From NCBI GenBank assembly GCA_965207075.1, contig CBDBLO010000002.1, forward strand, positions 2,016,001-2,080,000: a stretch of 64,000 nt of DNA, given 5' to 3'. The stretch is from Nitrosopumilus sp. (GTDB taxonomy: Archaea > Thermoproteota > Nitrososphaeria > Nitrososphaerales > Nitrosopumilaceae). Positions 30,400 through 40,108 of this stretch are shown here, one piece after another; within the stretch, counting starts at the first letter, position 1, and the number at the start of each line of letters is the position of its first letter. The notes under the pieces are model-generated. The model searched no databases. It was not told where the DNA came from and saw only the letters and a program-made list of their open reading frames with translations. A program made the translations under genes and the position numbers.

Positions 30400-31503
30400 T
30401 TGTCAGCATCAAGTTCAATACCGAGGGGCATCCTGCGAGATGCCGGCATAGTCATAGCGGGAATAATCATAGTGTGGGCGGGGCTGTACGCCGCATTCGG
30501 CATGCCAAACCCGTTTTACGTGGTGGCAAGCGGAAGCATGGTACCCGAGCTTGAGATATACGACGTGCTCATAGTGCAGGGAAACCACCCATTTGACGAG
30601 CTAGGGGTGGGCGACGTCATAGTGTTCGACAGGCCGTCTGACCACAACAGAGTCATAGTCCACAGGGTTGCAAACGTGATAGACGACGATCCCAGAACGC
30701 TGCGCACAAAGGGCGACGCCAACAGGGCATCCATACCGGGGACGGACTTTCCCATTACGGAGAAAGAGTATATCGGCAAGGTCGAGCACGTGATACCCCA
30801 GATAGGATACGTAACGCAGGCGCTAAAGCCGCCGGTCAACTATATCATAATAGCAGTCATCATAGGGGTGATGATATCAAAGCAGCTCTTGGCAAGAAAG
30901 AAGGACGACGGCAAGGCCATCTTTTCTGGCGCGGCCCGGGACGGCGAAGACGGAGCCGGTGACGATGTCGTTGGTGACGATACAGATACGGACAAGAAAG
31001 ACGCCGACGGGCTGCAGGCCGATGCGCCGGGGCGCGATGGCGCGGCCCCAGACGCAGGCCAAGATGGCACAGACGGGCCCGCCGCATCCGGATATAACGG
31101 CGACTCTGAATATGTGGGGGACGGGCCGCAGGAGAAAGGCGGCGACTCTGAATATGTGGGGGACGGGCCGCAGGAGAAAGGCGGCGACTCTGAATATGTG
31201 GGGGACGGGCCGCAGGAGAAAGGCGGCGACTCTGAATATGTGGGGGACGGGCCGCAGGAGAAAGGCGGCGACTCTGAATATGTGGGGGACGGGCCGCAGG
31301 AGAAAGGCGGCGACTCTGAATATGTGGGGGACGGGCCGCAGGAGAAAGGCGGCGACTCTGAATATGTGGGGGACGGGCCGCAGGAGAAAGGCGGCGACTC
31401 TGAATATGTGGGGGACGGGCCGCAGGAGAAAGGCGGCGAGGAGTCCAAAAGTCCGGGTGACAGGCCCGGACGGGACAAGGGCGACGATGCCGCCGCGCCG
31501 TGA
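30400..31503 (+). CDS. Signal peptidase I (S26, Sec11-type) with repetitive acidic tail
   Basis: VASGSMVP, IVHRV, TKGDAN; two TM helices. Confidence 0.9.
   Translation: MSASSSIPRGILRDAGIVIAGIIIVWAGLYAAFGMPNPFYVVASGSMVPELEIYDVLIVQGNHPFDELGVGDVIVFDRPSDHNRVIVHRVANVIDDDPRTLRTKGDANRASIPGTDFPITEKEYIGKVEHVIPQIGYVTQALKPPVNYIIIAVIIGVMISKQLLARKKDDGKAIFSGAARDGEDGAGDDVVGDDTDTDKKDADGLQADAPGRDGAAPDAGQDGTDGPAASGYNGDSEYVGDGPQEKGGDSEYVGDGPQEKGGDSEYVGDGPQEKGGDSEYVGDGPQEKGGDSEYVGDGPQEKGGDSEYVGDGPQEKGGDSEYVGDGPQEKGGDSEYVGDGPQEKGGEESKSPGDRPGRDKGDDAAAP
31099..31434. repeat. Perfect 42-bp tandem repeat x8
   Basis: GGCGACTCTGAATATGTGGGGGACGGGCCGCAGGAGAAAGGC encoding GDSEYVGDGPQEKG. Confidence 0.97.
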
Positions 31504-31555
31504 CGGCGCGCGATGACTAGCAGTTGTAGCTGTCTGTCCCCTGCCCCAGGCGGGC

Positions 31556-33091
31556 TCAGATTATCGAGTCGTCGGTCTTGAATATGCGCTTAAAGTACTC
31601 GGACTGCTCCTTTGACTCTGCGTCGCCCTTGGTGCGTATGCCGGCCAGGTTCCTTGCAAGGTCCTTTTTGTATTCCAGCTGCATCTGGCGCTGTATCTGT
31701 ATGCGCTGGGCCTGCGGCGAGCCGGCCCCGTGCATCGACTCTGTAAGGTACCCGACCGCGTTGCGCCCGAGGGTCATGTTCTCTATGAGGCGCAGCATCC
31801 TCACCCGCTCCTCGACGGGAATGTCCTGGCGGCCGACCAGATACTTTTCAAGTATGGGGCCGATCTCCGGGTGACGCAGGTCGCGCTCGGACGGCAGCGT
31901 GACTACCAGTCCCCCCGCTATGTCCTGCGCAAGCCTCCCTATCTCGTACGGGAACCTAGTGACGTTGTGCTTGCAGACCTGGGCGAGCATGTCCTCGTTG
32001 AGGTACACGCCGGACTTCATGCGGTGCCCCTGGTGCGACGACGCTATGCCGGCCGCGAAGATGGTCTCGTTGAGGTGCGTCATCTCCACAAGCTTGTCCC
32101 GGATGTGGGACACCTTGGGGACTCCGTTGTACTCGGCCATCGAGGCCGCGGCGCCTATCAGCACGTCGCCAAGCCCCGTCTTGCAGACGTAGCTGCGCCT
32201 GTGGTAGCACGTAAAGCGCTCTATCAGCATCGAGGCAAACTCGTACTCGCCGTGCATGAAGACGCGCTCCCACGGGATGAACACCCTGTCAAGCACCATC
32301 AGGGCCTCCTGGCCCCCGAACTTTGCGTTCCCCGCGTCGATTCCCTCGCCGCCCTCCATGCTGCGCGTGTCGCAGGACTGCCTGCCGTAAACGTAAGTGA
32401 TGCCCTCGGCGTCGGCCGGGACGGCGCCCACGATGGCCCAGTCCTTGTCGGACTCCGTGAGCCTGACCGTGGGCATCAGTATTATCCAGTGCGAGTTGAT
32501 GCACCCTGTCTGGTGCGCCTTTGCGCCCGACACGTACACGCCGCGCTCGTCGCGGTCGACTATCCTGGTGAACAGGTCGGGGTCAGCCTGCTCCGACGGC
32601 CCCTTGCTGCGGTCGCCCTTGGGGTCGGTCATGGCGCCGCCTATCACCAGGTTCTCGCGCTGGACCATCTTTACAAACTCCAAGAAGCGCTTGTGGTAGT
32701 CGGTGCCGTGCTTCTCGTCTATCTCAAACGTGGTGGAGTGGAGGGAGTTGAGCGCGTCCATCCCGACGCACCTCTGAAAGCAGGTCCCCGTGTTCTGGCC
32801 CAGCTTGCGCTGCATCTTGTTCTGCAGCACGAGATCCTCGGCCGACTCTGCAATGTGCAGGAAGCGGTTGACGCGCAGCCCCGTGATGCCGGACTCGGCC
32901 GACGCCAGCTCCTCCTCGCGCACCGCGAGATCGTACGTCTCGGCGACGGCGTTGATCGAGGGCCTTATCATCGGGTGGTCCACGGGCTCCTTTACAAGCT
33001 CGCCGAACAGGTACACCTTGAGATCGCGGTTCCGCAGGCTCTCGATGTACTCGTCGCCCGTCCTGATCGTCTTGAGGACGTTGGCCGCCAT
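31556..33091 (-). CDS. hcd: 4-hydroxybutyryl-CoA dehydratase (3HP/4HB cycle)
   Basis: TCFQRCVGMD, AMTDPKGDRS, YHRRSYVCKTG, HGAGSPQAQ. Confidence 0.96.
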   Translation of the reverse strand: MAANVLKTIRTGDEYIESLRNRDLKVYLFGELVKEPVDHPMIRPSINAVAETYDLAVREEELASAESGITGLRVNRFLHIAESAEDLVLQNKMQRKLGQNTGTCFQRCVGMDALNSLHSTTFEIDEKHGTDYHKRFLEFVKMVQRENLVIGGAMTDPKGDRSKGPSEQADPDLFTRIVDRDERGVYVSGAKAHQTGCINSHWIILMPTVRLTESDKDWAIVGAVPADAEGITYVYGRQSCDTRSMEGGEGIDAGNAKFGGQEALMVLDRVFIPWERVFMHGEYEFASMLIERFTCYHRRSYVCKTGLGDVLIGAAASMAEYNGVPKVSHIRDKLVEMTHLNETIFAAGIASSHQGHRMKSGVYLNEDMLAQVCKHNVTRFPYEIGRLAQDIAGGLVVTLPSERDLRHPEIGPILEKYLVGRQDIPVEERVRMLRLIENMTLGRNAVGYLTESMHGAGSPQAQRIQIQRQMQLEYKKDLARNLAGIRTKGDAESKEQSEYFKRIFKTDDSII

Positions 33092-33112
33092 ACACAGATT
33101 TGGAACGTTGCC

Positions 33113-33120
33113 GTATAAAT
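33113..33120 (-). promoter_or_regulatory. Putative TATA box for hcd (short leader or leaderless)
   Basis: ATTTATAC on the minus strand 22-29 nt upstream of the ATG in GC-rich context. Confidence 0.55.
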
Positions 33121-33158
33121 ATTCTATAACGATGTAGGCGGCCTGCGGGCGTGCTGTA

Positions 33159-35276
33159 TCATCCGGCCGCGGTCAGCCCTATCCTCACGTCAAGGACGCG
33201 GCACCCCTTGCCCTTGGCAAGCACCAGCACGGGGTTCATGTCAAGCTCCGCGATCTCGTCGGCAAAGTCCGTGACCAGCTGGGACAGGCGCTGTATGCAC
33301 TCTGCAAGCTTTGCTACGTCGGACGGCTTTTCACCACGCACGCCGCCGAGCAGCTTTGAGGTGCGGAGGGAGAGCGGCATCGCGGCGGCCTCGGCGGCCC
33401 CCACGGGGGCGAGCCTGAACGTGACGTCGCCGAGCACCTCCACGTATATGCCCCCGAGCCCCAGCATTATCACGGGCCCGAACCCCGGCTCGAGCTTGGA
33501 GCCGATGATCATCTCCTTGCCGCCGGAGACCATCTCGGCCACTATGACGCCCCTCAGCTCCGCATTCTTGTCGTATTTGCGGGCGTTGGACATTATGGCG
33601 TCAAACGCCGAGCGGACCTCTGCGGCGCTCTTCAGGTTCACCATGACGCCGCCGGCGTCGGACTTGTGTATTATCTGCGGCGAGGATATCTTCATTACTA
33701 CCGGGTAGCCGATCTTGGACGCGGCGGACACCGCCCGGCCCGCGCTGGTGGCCAGGACGGACTCCGGGAGCGGCAGCCCGTACGCCTGCAGCACGTCCCT
33801 GCCCTCGTCCTCCAGAAGGGCCGAGCGGCCCTGGCTGCGGGCCCCGTCTATTATGCGCCTCACGGCGGGCTTGGAGACTCGCGCAAACCTTCTGGGCTTG
33901 TCGGCCGGCGCGCCCGCCCATCCCGCAAACCTGACCATCGCCTTTAGCGCCCTTATGGCGCCCTCCGCGTACGTGTAGTAGGGGACGTCTCCCGCGGCCA
34001 TTATGTCGCGGTTGGTGGTGCCCTCGTCGAGGCCCATCAGGCTGGCAAGCATCGTCTTTCTGTGCTTTTTTGACATCTCCACTATGACGCGGGCAAGGCC
34101 GTCGTAGTCCAGGGTCCCGGACGGGGTGCACATCGTAATGACGGAGCCGACGTTGCGGTGCCTCAGCACCCGCTCAAGCACGTTGCGGAACCGCTCAAAG
34201 TCCGCGTCGCCCACTATGTCGACGGGGTTGCGGGAGCTGCCCCACGGCGGGATTACCTCGTCTATCTTTGAGGATATGCTGGAGATGTCGGCCATCCTTA
34301 TGCCGGCCTTTGAGCAGGCGTCGGTGGATATTATGGCGGGACCCCCCGCGTTTGATACAATGACCAGGTCGCCCTTGGCCGGGAGCGGCTGCTTTGAGAA
34401 CGCGGTGGCGTAGTCGAACAGCTCCTCCATCGTGTCCACCCTTATGGCGCCGCTCTGCTGCAGCAGCGCCTCGTATATCTCGTCGGAGCCCATCAGGGCG
34501 CCGGTGTGGGACATGGCCGCCTTTGCGCCCTCGGGGCTGCGGCCCGACTTTAGCACGAGGACGGGCTTTTTGAGGCGTTTTGTAATGTCGCGGCAGACCT
34601 GCAGGAACTCCTGCCCGTCGCCCATGTCCTCAAGGTACATCACGATGACCTTGGTCTGCCGGTGGTTTGCCAAAATCTTGAGCACGTCGACCTCGCTCAT
34701 GGCGGCCTTGTTTCCCAGGCTGACGACCGCCGAGAACCCGATGCCCTGCGCGCTGGCATCCTCCACCAGCGCCGCGCAGATGGCGCCCGACTGCGACACG
34801 AGCGCGATCTTGCCCGACTTTGGGGTGATCTTGAGGAACGTGGAGTTCATCATGGTCTTCGGGTCGAGGTTCATCACGCCCAGGCAGTTGGGCCCTATCA
34901 CGTTGATGCCGTACTTGGTTGCAATCTCCTTTAGCTGCCTTTCCATGGCGGCGCCCTTCTCGTCGACCTCCTTGAACCCGGCCGTGATTATAACGACGGA
35001 CTTGATGCCCCTTTTGCCGCACTCCTCCAGAACCGGAGCCACGAGCGTGTTCTTGATTACAATGACTGCCAGGTCCGCCCGGGCGGGCATGTCAAGGACC
35101 GACTTGTACGCCTTTTTGCCAAACACGGTGTCCCTGGTGGGGCTGATCGGGTACACCCTTCCCTTAAAGCCGTGCATGATGTTGGAGGTGATGGTGGCCC
35201 CCACGCTGCCCTTCTTGTCAGACGCCCCGATGACGGCAATGGCCTTGGGGGACAGGAACGAAGATGTAGCACTCAC
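33159..35276 (-). CDS. ADP-forming acyl-CoA synthetase, likely 4-hydroxybutyrate-CoA ligase
   Basis: CoA-binding IAVIGAS, GPNCLG, SQSG, SHTG phospho-His, ATP-grasp HKSDAGGV; adjacent to hcd; GTG start at 35276. Confidence 0.9.
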   Translation of the reverse strand: MSATSSFLSPKAIAVIGASDKKGSVGATITSNIMHGFKGRVYPISPTRDTVFGKKAYKSVLDMPARADLAVIVIKNTLVAPVLEECGKRGIKSVVIITAGFKEVDEKGAAMERQLKEIATKYGINVIGPNCLGVMNLDPKTMMNSTFLKITPKSGKIALVSQSGAICAALVEDASAQGIGFSAVVSLGNKAAMSEVDVLKILANHRQTKVIVMYLEDMGDGQEFLQVCRDITKRLKKPVLVLKSGRSPEGAKAAMSHTGALMGSDEIYEALLQQSGAIRVDTMEELFDYATAFSKQPLPAKGDLVIVSNAGGPAIISTDACSKAGIRMADISSISSKIDEVIPPWGSSRNPVDIVGDADFERFRNVLERVLRHRNVGSVITMCTPSGTLDYDGLARVIVEMSKKHRKTMLASLMGLDEGTTNRDIMAAGDVPYYTYAEGAIRALKAMVRFAGWAGAPADKPRRFARVSKPAVRRIIDGARSQGRSALLEDEGRDVLQAYGLPLPESVLATSAGRAVSAASKIGYPVVMKISSPQIIHKSDAGGVMVNLKSAAEVRSAFDAIMSNARKYDKNAELRGVIVAEMVSGGKEMIIGSKLEPGFGPVIMLGLGGIYVEVLGDVTFRLAPVGAAEAAAMPLSLRTSKLLGGVRGEKPSDVAKLAECIQRLSQLVTDFADEIAELDMNPVLVLAKGKGCRVLDVRIGLTAAG

Positions 35277-35398
35277 TGACCTGCGAGGCTTGGCAATACA
35301 ATAAATCTGTTTTTTGTCCAAGTCCGGCGGACCGGCCCCCGCGCAGTTATGGCAGCATCGGGGCGCGCGGGGCTGCAGAAGCCACCGCCGTATGCGAC

Positions 35399-35776
35399 TC
35401 AGCTGCCAAGCATCCTGCCTGCAAGATTCTCCTTGCGGCTGACCCAGAGCACAGCCGGCCGGCGGCCGCCAAATTCGGCAATCTCCGACCAGCACCGCAT
35501 GGCAAGCTCCCGGAGCGCCTCGTTGTTTATGGCGTACTCGTGGTTGAGCTGCCTTACCGTGTTCAGGGAGTCGCTGTATATCACCACGTCGTCATAGGGG
35601 GGTTCGCCCGATTTTGAGCGCGCGTGTCGCACGGCCGATATTATGGCCATGTACTCGGCCTGGTTGTTTGTCACGTCGTCGCGCCTCTCGTAGTGCGACT
35701 CGCCTGTCTCCTTTACAAACCAGCCAAACCCACCCCTTGGGCTGCCGGAGCCGTCCACGTACATGCTGACTGCCAT
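35399..35776 (-). CDS. Ribonuclease HI family protein
   Basis: YVDGSG, TNNQAEY, IYSDS, WVSRKENLAG. Confidence 0.88.
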   Translation of the reverse strand: MAVSMYVDGSGSPRGGFGWFVKETGESHYERRDDVTNNQAEYMAIISAVRHARSKSGEPPYDDVVIYSDSLNTVRQLNHEYAINNEALRELAMRCWSEIAEFGGRRPAVLWVSRKENLAGRMLGS

Positions 35777-35800
35777 ATTGGGGCCTAGCGGCAGCACGTA

Positions 35801-36274
35801 TTATTTCTGGCCCTCCTTGCCGCCGCCGCTGCTGCTGCTGTACATCCTCGTGGCCTTCACGCTCAGGTTCATCACAACCAAGTACACCGCAATTGCCGCT
35901 ACCTGGGCGGTCACCGACGACGCGTACGGCTCGTAGCCCCACGCGTCAATCATGTAGTAGTGCAGGATCCACCTGACGACCCCGTACGCCACCTCGCCCG
36001 CCCCCAGCGAGGCGAGTATCTTCTTGAGGTCGGAGCGCGGGTCGGCCTCGGCGGGCCGGCCGCCTGGGCCCGCCCTGTACCTGTGCCTGTTTGTAATGTA
36101 GAACATGAGCCCGAACGTGCCCAGATACGCGGCATAGTCCACTATGGTGGCGTACGTGGCGTTGAGGTGCGGCTCCAGCCCGGACAGGGAATCGGCCACG
36201 ACCGCGGACACCGGGAGCGCCACCGCTATTGCAACAAACATGCTCTGGTTCAGCCTGACATAGTCGCGCAGCAT
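35801..36274 (-). CDS. Hypothetical membrane protein (GtrA-like topology)
   Basis: Four hydrophobic segments. Confidence 0.7.
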   Translation of the reverse strand: MLRDYVRLNQSMFVAIAVALPVSAVVADSLSGLEPHLNATYATIVDYAAYLGTFGLMFYITNRHRYRAGPGGRPAEADPRSDLKKILASLGAGEVAYGVVRWILHYYMIDAWGYEPYASSVTAQVAAIAVYLVVMNLSVKATRMYSSSSGGGKEGQK

Positions 36275-36301
36275 TACAGGACTGTACCAAAAGCCTGACT
36301 T

Positions 36302-36586
36302 TTAGTCCATCGTTATCTTGAGGAATATGCTCAGCCCCACAAGCTCCGTGATCCCGACTGCCAGCATATACGGGAATACGGACTCGGATATCAGCATGTC
36401 GTGCGAGAAGAACGCCGCCGCCCCTATCACGTTGTTCAGCAGCAGCGAGACGGCCACCACGATCATGCCAAGCGGCAGATGCGCCCTTGTCGCGGCAAAC
36501 ATTCTTGCAAACAGCACGATAAGCGCGGACAGTATGCCGATGTTGACAAGCGATATGATCGACAGGACAAGCAGCGGGGGCTCCAT
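36302..36586 (-). CDS. Small membrane protein
   Basis: Three TM helices, 94 aa. Confidence 0.75.
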   Translation of the reverse strand: MEPPLLVLSIISLVNIGILSALIVLFARMFAATRAHLPLGMIVVAVSLLLNNVIGAAAFFSHDMLISESVFPYMLAVGITELVGLSIFLKITMD

Positions 36587-36706
36587 GTGAGAGCTGGATG
36601 CCCCCCGTATCTTAATTACTTTTATCCAAAGAGGGCCGCACGTCCTTGGCCCCCGGCGCGCGGCCGTACTGATAATAAAGGCATATAACGACGCGGCGGC
36701 CCATAC

Positions 36707-37600
36707 ATGCGTATGCTGTCATACGACATGCCCCTGTACAGGCCGCCGTCCGAGGCGCGGTCCGTGATATTCCAGGTGACGCTTGGCTGCTCCTTTAACG
36801 AGTGCTCGTTCTGCGACATGTACCGCTCAAAGGAGTACGAGGAGAGGCCCTGGGAGGCAGTCAGGGAGGAGATAGACATGATGGCCAGATACCAGCCTGA
36901 CGCGAGGCGCTTTTTCCTCGCCGACGGGGACGCGCTAAACCTGGACACAGACTACATGATAAAGATAATCAGGTACATACGCGAAAGGTTTGCAGGCGCC
37001 GAGCGCATATCGTGCTATGCGATGCCAATGAACATACTCAAGAAGAGCGAGGACGACCTGCGCCGTATGAAGGAAGCGGGCCTCGACATGCTGTACCTGG
37101 GGATAGAGAGCGGCTCTGACGTGATACTCAAAAAGGTCACAAAGGGGGCCATCGCAAAGACCATAATAAAGTCGGTGAACAAGGCAAAGGCCGCGGGGTA
37201 CGTCATGTCGTGCATGATAATACTGGGGCTCGGCGGCACCGCGCACTCGAGGGAGCACGCAAGGGGCACGGCAGAAGTGATCAGCGCATGCGCCCCGCAC
37301 TACGTGGGGACGCTCACGCTGCACCTTGACGAGGGCATCAAGAAGGAGTTTCACGACAAGTTTGCAGAGCCGTTTGCAACGATAAACGACGGGGAGGCGC
37401 TCGACGAGCTGTACGATATAGTCAGTAGGATAGAGATCCCCGGAGACGGCAGCCAGACGGTATTCCGCGCAAACCACGGCTCCAACGCCTACATGATAAA
37501 GGGGACGTTCCCTCAGGACAAGCGGGAGATGCTCTCCCAGATAGACTGGCTCAGGCAACACCCCGAGGTGGCGCGGCCACAGGGACTGCGCGGGTTCTGA
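36707..37600 (+). CDS. Radical SAM protein
   Basis: CSFNECSFC (CxxxCxxC-like), YRPPSE, GIESG. Confidence 0.9.
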   Translation: MRMLSYDMPLYRPPSEARSVIFQVTLGCSFNECSFCDMYRSKEYEERPWEAVREEIDMMARYQPDARRFFLADGDALNLDTDYMIKIIRYIRERFAGAERISCYAMPMNILKKSEDDLRRMKEAGLDMLYLGIESGSDVILKKVTKGAIAKTIIKSVNKAKAAGYVMSCMIILGLGGTAHSREHARGTAEVISACAPHYVGTLTLHLDEGIKKEFHDKFAEPFATINDGEALDELYDIVSRIEIPGDGSQTVFRANHGSNAYMIKGTFPQDKREMLSQIDWLRQHPEVARPQGLRGF

Positions 37601-37744
37601 CGCCGCATCACAGCAGTAGTAGTAGCATCGTCGCCGTCGCGTGGCAGTGGCAGTTGCAACAACCACATCAATTGCCGCTACCGTTGCCGCGGCCGCCACC
37701 GCAGAATGGTAAAATAGTCGTACGCGGTTACTGTCACTGGTACG

Positions 37745-38266
37745 ATGCAGACCAAGATGCAGGTCATTAAAGAGGTGCTCCGCACGCGGAGATACGCCGG
37801 GATAGCCGCGGCAAGCGGGGCCGGGCTCGGCGCCGTATACTACGTACTGACGATGTCCATGCTGCCCCTGCACCTTGAGTCGGGGGTTGCAATGGCGGCC
37901 GCCCCTGCGTACATCGCGGCGTCCGTATCACTTACAGCAGTCATCTCGGGTCTTGCGGGGATCAACTTTGCACTGATGGCGTTCAAGATAAGGCGCATGA
38001 GGATGATGTCAAACCTGCTTGTAAAGAAGCCGAACTCGACTGCCGCACCCATACTGGGCGGGGTCTTTGCGGCCTTTACGCCCGGATGCCCCGCATGCAC
38101 GGCGCCCCTGGCCGTCATACTAGGCGCGGTTGGGGGACTGTCCCTGTTCCCCATGCAGGGACTGGAACTCAAGATGATATCGGCGGGGGTGCTGCTGTTC
38201 TCGATATGGTGGATCACGCGCGGGCTGCAGAGCCGCAGCTGCTGCCGCATCGACGGCGCCGGCTGA
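37745..38266 (+). CDS. Membrane protein with GCPAC motif
   Basis: 4-5 TM helices, CPAC in the membrane region, terminal SCC. Confidence 0.75.
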   Translation: MQTKMQVIKEVLRTRRYAGIAAASGAGLGAVYYVLTMSMLPLHLESGVAMAAAPAYIAASVSLTAVISGLAGINFALMAFKIRRMRMMSNLLVKKPNSTAAPILGGVFAAFTPGCPACTAPLAVILGAVGGLSLFPMQGLELKMISAGVLLFSIWWITRGLQSRSCCRIDGAG

Positions 38267-38403
38267 CGGAAGATTGGACGGCGGAAATCATCTGAAATCC
38301 CCTGCGTGCACTGGGTGGCGCATGCCCAAAATTACGTAGTATACAGATCGGTGGTGCCAGAATTTCATGATATTGCATTAGGAAGTAACTTCATATACTT
38401 GTT

Positions 38404-38811
38404 ATGCGTACTATACGTATGAAAGGTACCAAAGCGAAAGATGCGCAAGGCTGCGCGGGAGCACGTGCGGCGGCCAGACACGGCATGCACGCCGACAAGC
38501 AACTGCCCGGCAGGGCCATTGCAGACGCACTCACCGAAAAGAGGGCACGCTGGAAATCCAAGCCGGGTGTCTTCGTGGTGGAGTCGTCCGGGACGCTCCT
38601 GGATCATGGAAGGAAGCCCAGCATACTGGTACAGGGCGAGAAGTCTCCGCGCACCATAATAGAGACGCCACATGGTGCAGGGAAGGACTTCGTGAGACAG
38701 ACCGGCAAAACGACTGTCGGCAGGCATACGGTAAACGTGGCCATGTCATCGCTCATGCCAGAAGAGTTCAGGGCCATGCGGCAGTCGAGACTGGCGAGTG
38801 TGTTTATGTAA
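38404..38811 (+). CDS. Hypothetical protein (island left end)
   Basis: ORF after an AT-rich promoter-like stretch; co-oriented with the following module. Confidence 0.5.
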   Translation: MRTIRMKGTKAKDAQGCAGARAAARHGMHADKQLPGRAIADALTEKRARWKSKPGVFVVESSGTLLDHGRKPSILVQGEKSPRTIIETPHGAGKDFVRQTGKTTVGRHTVNVAMSSLMPEEFRAMRQSRLASVFM

Positions 38812-38927
38812 ACACCACCTACTCCAAAGCCCTAGCACAGTTGCGGCAGGTCTCCTGCCGCACCCCCATTTCATGACTGGCTGGGCGTGCACAGGGCCTA
38901 CGGCTGAACCGGGCAAGACGGGCCGGT

Positions 38928-39212
38928 ATGCAGGGAGACGTGGACAGCCTCCGGGATTCCCTACGAGTCACGCGACGAGGATCTACAGGCGCAAGCCGTC
39001 CAGAATGCAAAAAAACACTAGGACAAGGACTAGCCGCTGCGCGTGCGCGTGTACGGACCAACCCTGGCGTCAGCGATAAACTACGCGCCGCCCAACCTTG
39101 GCGTGAAGCGTATGCACGATCGGAAAAATCCGGTAGGCGCGCTCCGGTGTTATCATGGGTTGTACCAATTACAAAAACGTCAAATACAAAGGCGCCATTG
39201 CCACGCGTATGA
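38928..39212 (+). CDS. Small basic hypothetical protein
   Basis: Stop overlaps ATG 39209 of the next gene (ATGA). Confidence 0.35.
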   Translation: MQGDVDSLRDSLRVTRRGSTGASRPECKKTLGQGLAAARARVRTNPGVSDKLRAAQPWREAYARSEKSGRRAPVLSWVVPITKTSNTKAPLPRV

Positions 39213-40108
39213 GCACAACCGCCCCAGAATGCACTGCGCACAGCACATCCCACGATCGTCTCGGGGGGCAAAAGGTGGCCGCGGATGCATGCGCGCACGA
39301 TGCCCGCCGTGAGACGGCCACCTCCGAGGGGGAGATCGTCTGCCGCGCGTGCGGGGTGGTAAAGGGGAAGGACGGGCGGCAGATGTACGGGGATCACGCG
39401 GCGCTTCCGCGCACCCGGACCAACCTGTACCTGGAGATGGAGGTGGGCGGCAAGCCGGACCGCAGGCTGCGTGCCGACAGGTTCGTGCGCCGAAAGCGCG
39501 ACATGTCGGCAGTCAGCAACATATCGCAAAAGCTCGGCATTCCAAACGGCGTGGGAAGGGACGTGTGGGCGTGGTACCAAAGACTGCGCCGCGCGCCCGG
39601 CATGCGCATGACAAAGGCAAAGATCATGGTTCTGGCGTTTCACGGAGTCTGCAGGATGCGGGGCTGCCCGCTAAACGAGGCCAGGCTACTGGACGCCATA
39701 CGCATGGAGCTGGGGGTTAGGCACGCGCATTCGTACCTCCATGTCATAATGGAGGCCTCGGCGTACGTCGACGAGGAGACCGGGGAGTATATGCTGCGCA
39801 GGATAGGATTTCCTGACCAGGTCGGGCACGCCGCGCTTGGCGGCATCGGCCGTGATGACGGTGCCGGTGCCGCCGGGCCCGCGCCGCCGTCGCTGCTGCC
39901 ACCCGCGCCCTCACCGCCACCCCCAAACATGTTTTCCATAAGCACCGAGATCCAGTCGCTGGCATACGAGTACGAGCCCGTAGTCGCGGAGGCGCTTGCA
40001 CGCGAGGCCCGCGCCATTCTTCCCGTACTGGAGTACGGGGAGCCCAGCCGGGCGCGGGCGGCGCGGGCGGCCATACGGATAGCAAAGAGGAGGTACGGGG
40101 TGCGGTGA
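39209..40108 (+). CDS. Divergent TFB/TFIIB-like protein
   Basis: CAH...EGEIVCRACGVV zinc ribbon followed by cyclin-like ISQKLGIP...VCRMRGCPL repeat. Confidence 0.65.
   Translation: MSTTAPECTAHSTSHDRLGGQKVAADACAHDARRETATSEGEIVCRACGVVKGKDGRQMYGDHAALPRTRTNLYLEMEVGGKPDRRLRADRFVRRKRDMSAVSNISQKLGIPNGVGRDVWAWYQRLRRAPGMRMTKAKIMVLAFHGVCRMRGCPLNEARLLDAIRMELGVRHAHSYLHVIMEASAYVDEETGEYMLRRIGFPDQVGHAALGGIGRDDGAGAAGPAPPSLLPPAPSPPPPNMFSISTEIQSLAYEYEPVVAEALAREARAILPVLEYGEPSRARAARAAIRIAKRRYGVR

Noticed and set aside
31099-31434. 42-bp array as CRISPR or ncRNA array
   Set aside because: Contiguous identical units, in frame within a protein
35277-35495. Upstream extension of the acyl-CoA synthetase ORF
   Set aside because: Overlaps RNase HI; family similarity begins near GTG 35276
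37600-37705. Triplet-rich intergenic stretch
   Set aside because: Low-complexity sequence with no consistent unit or structure
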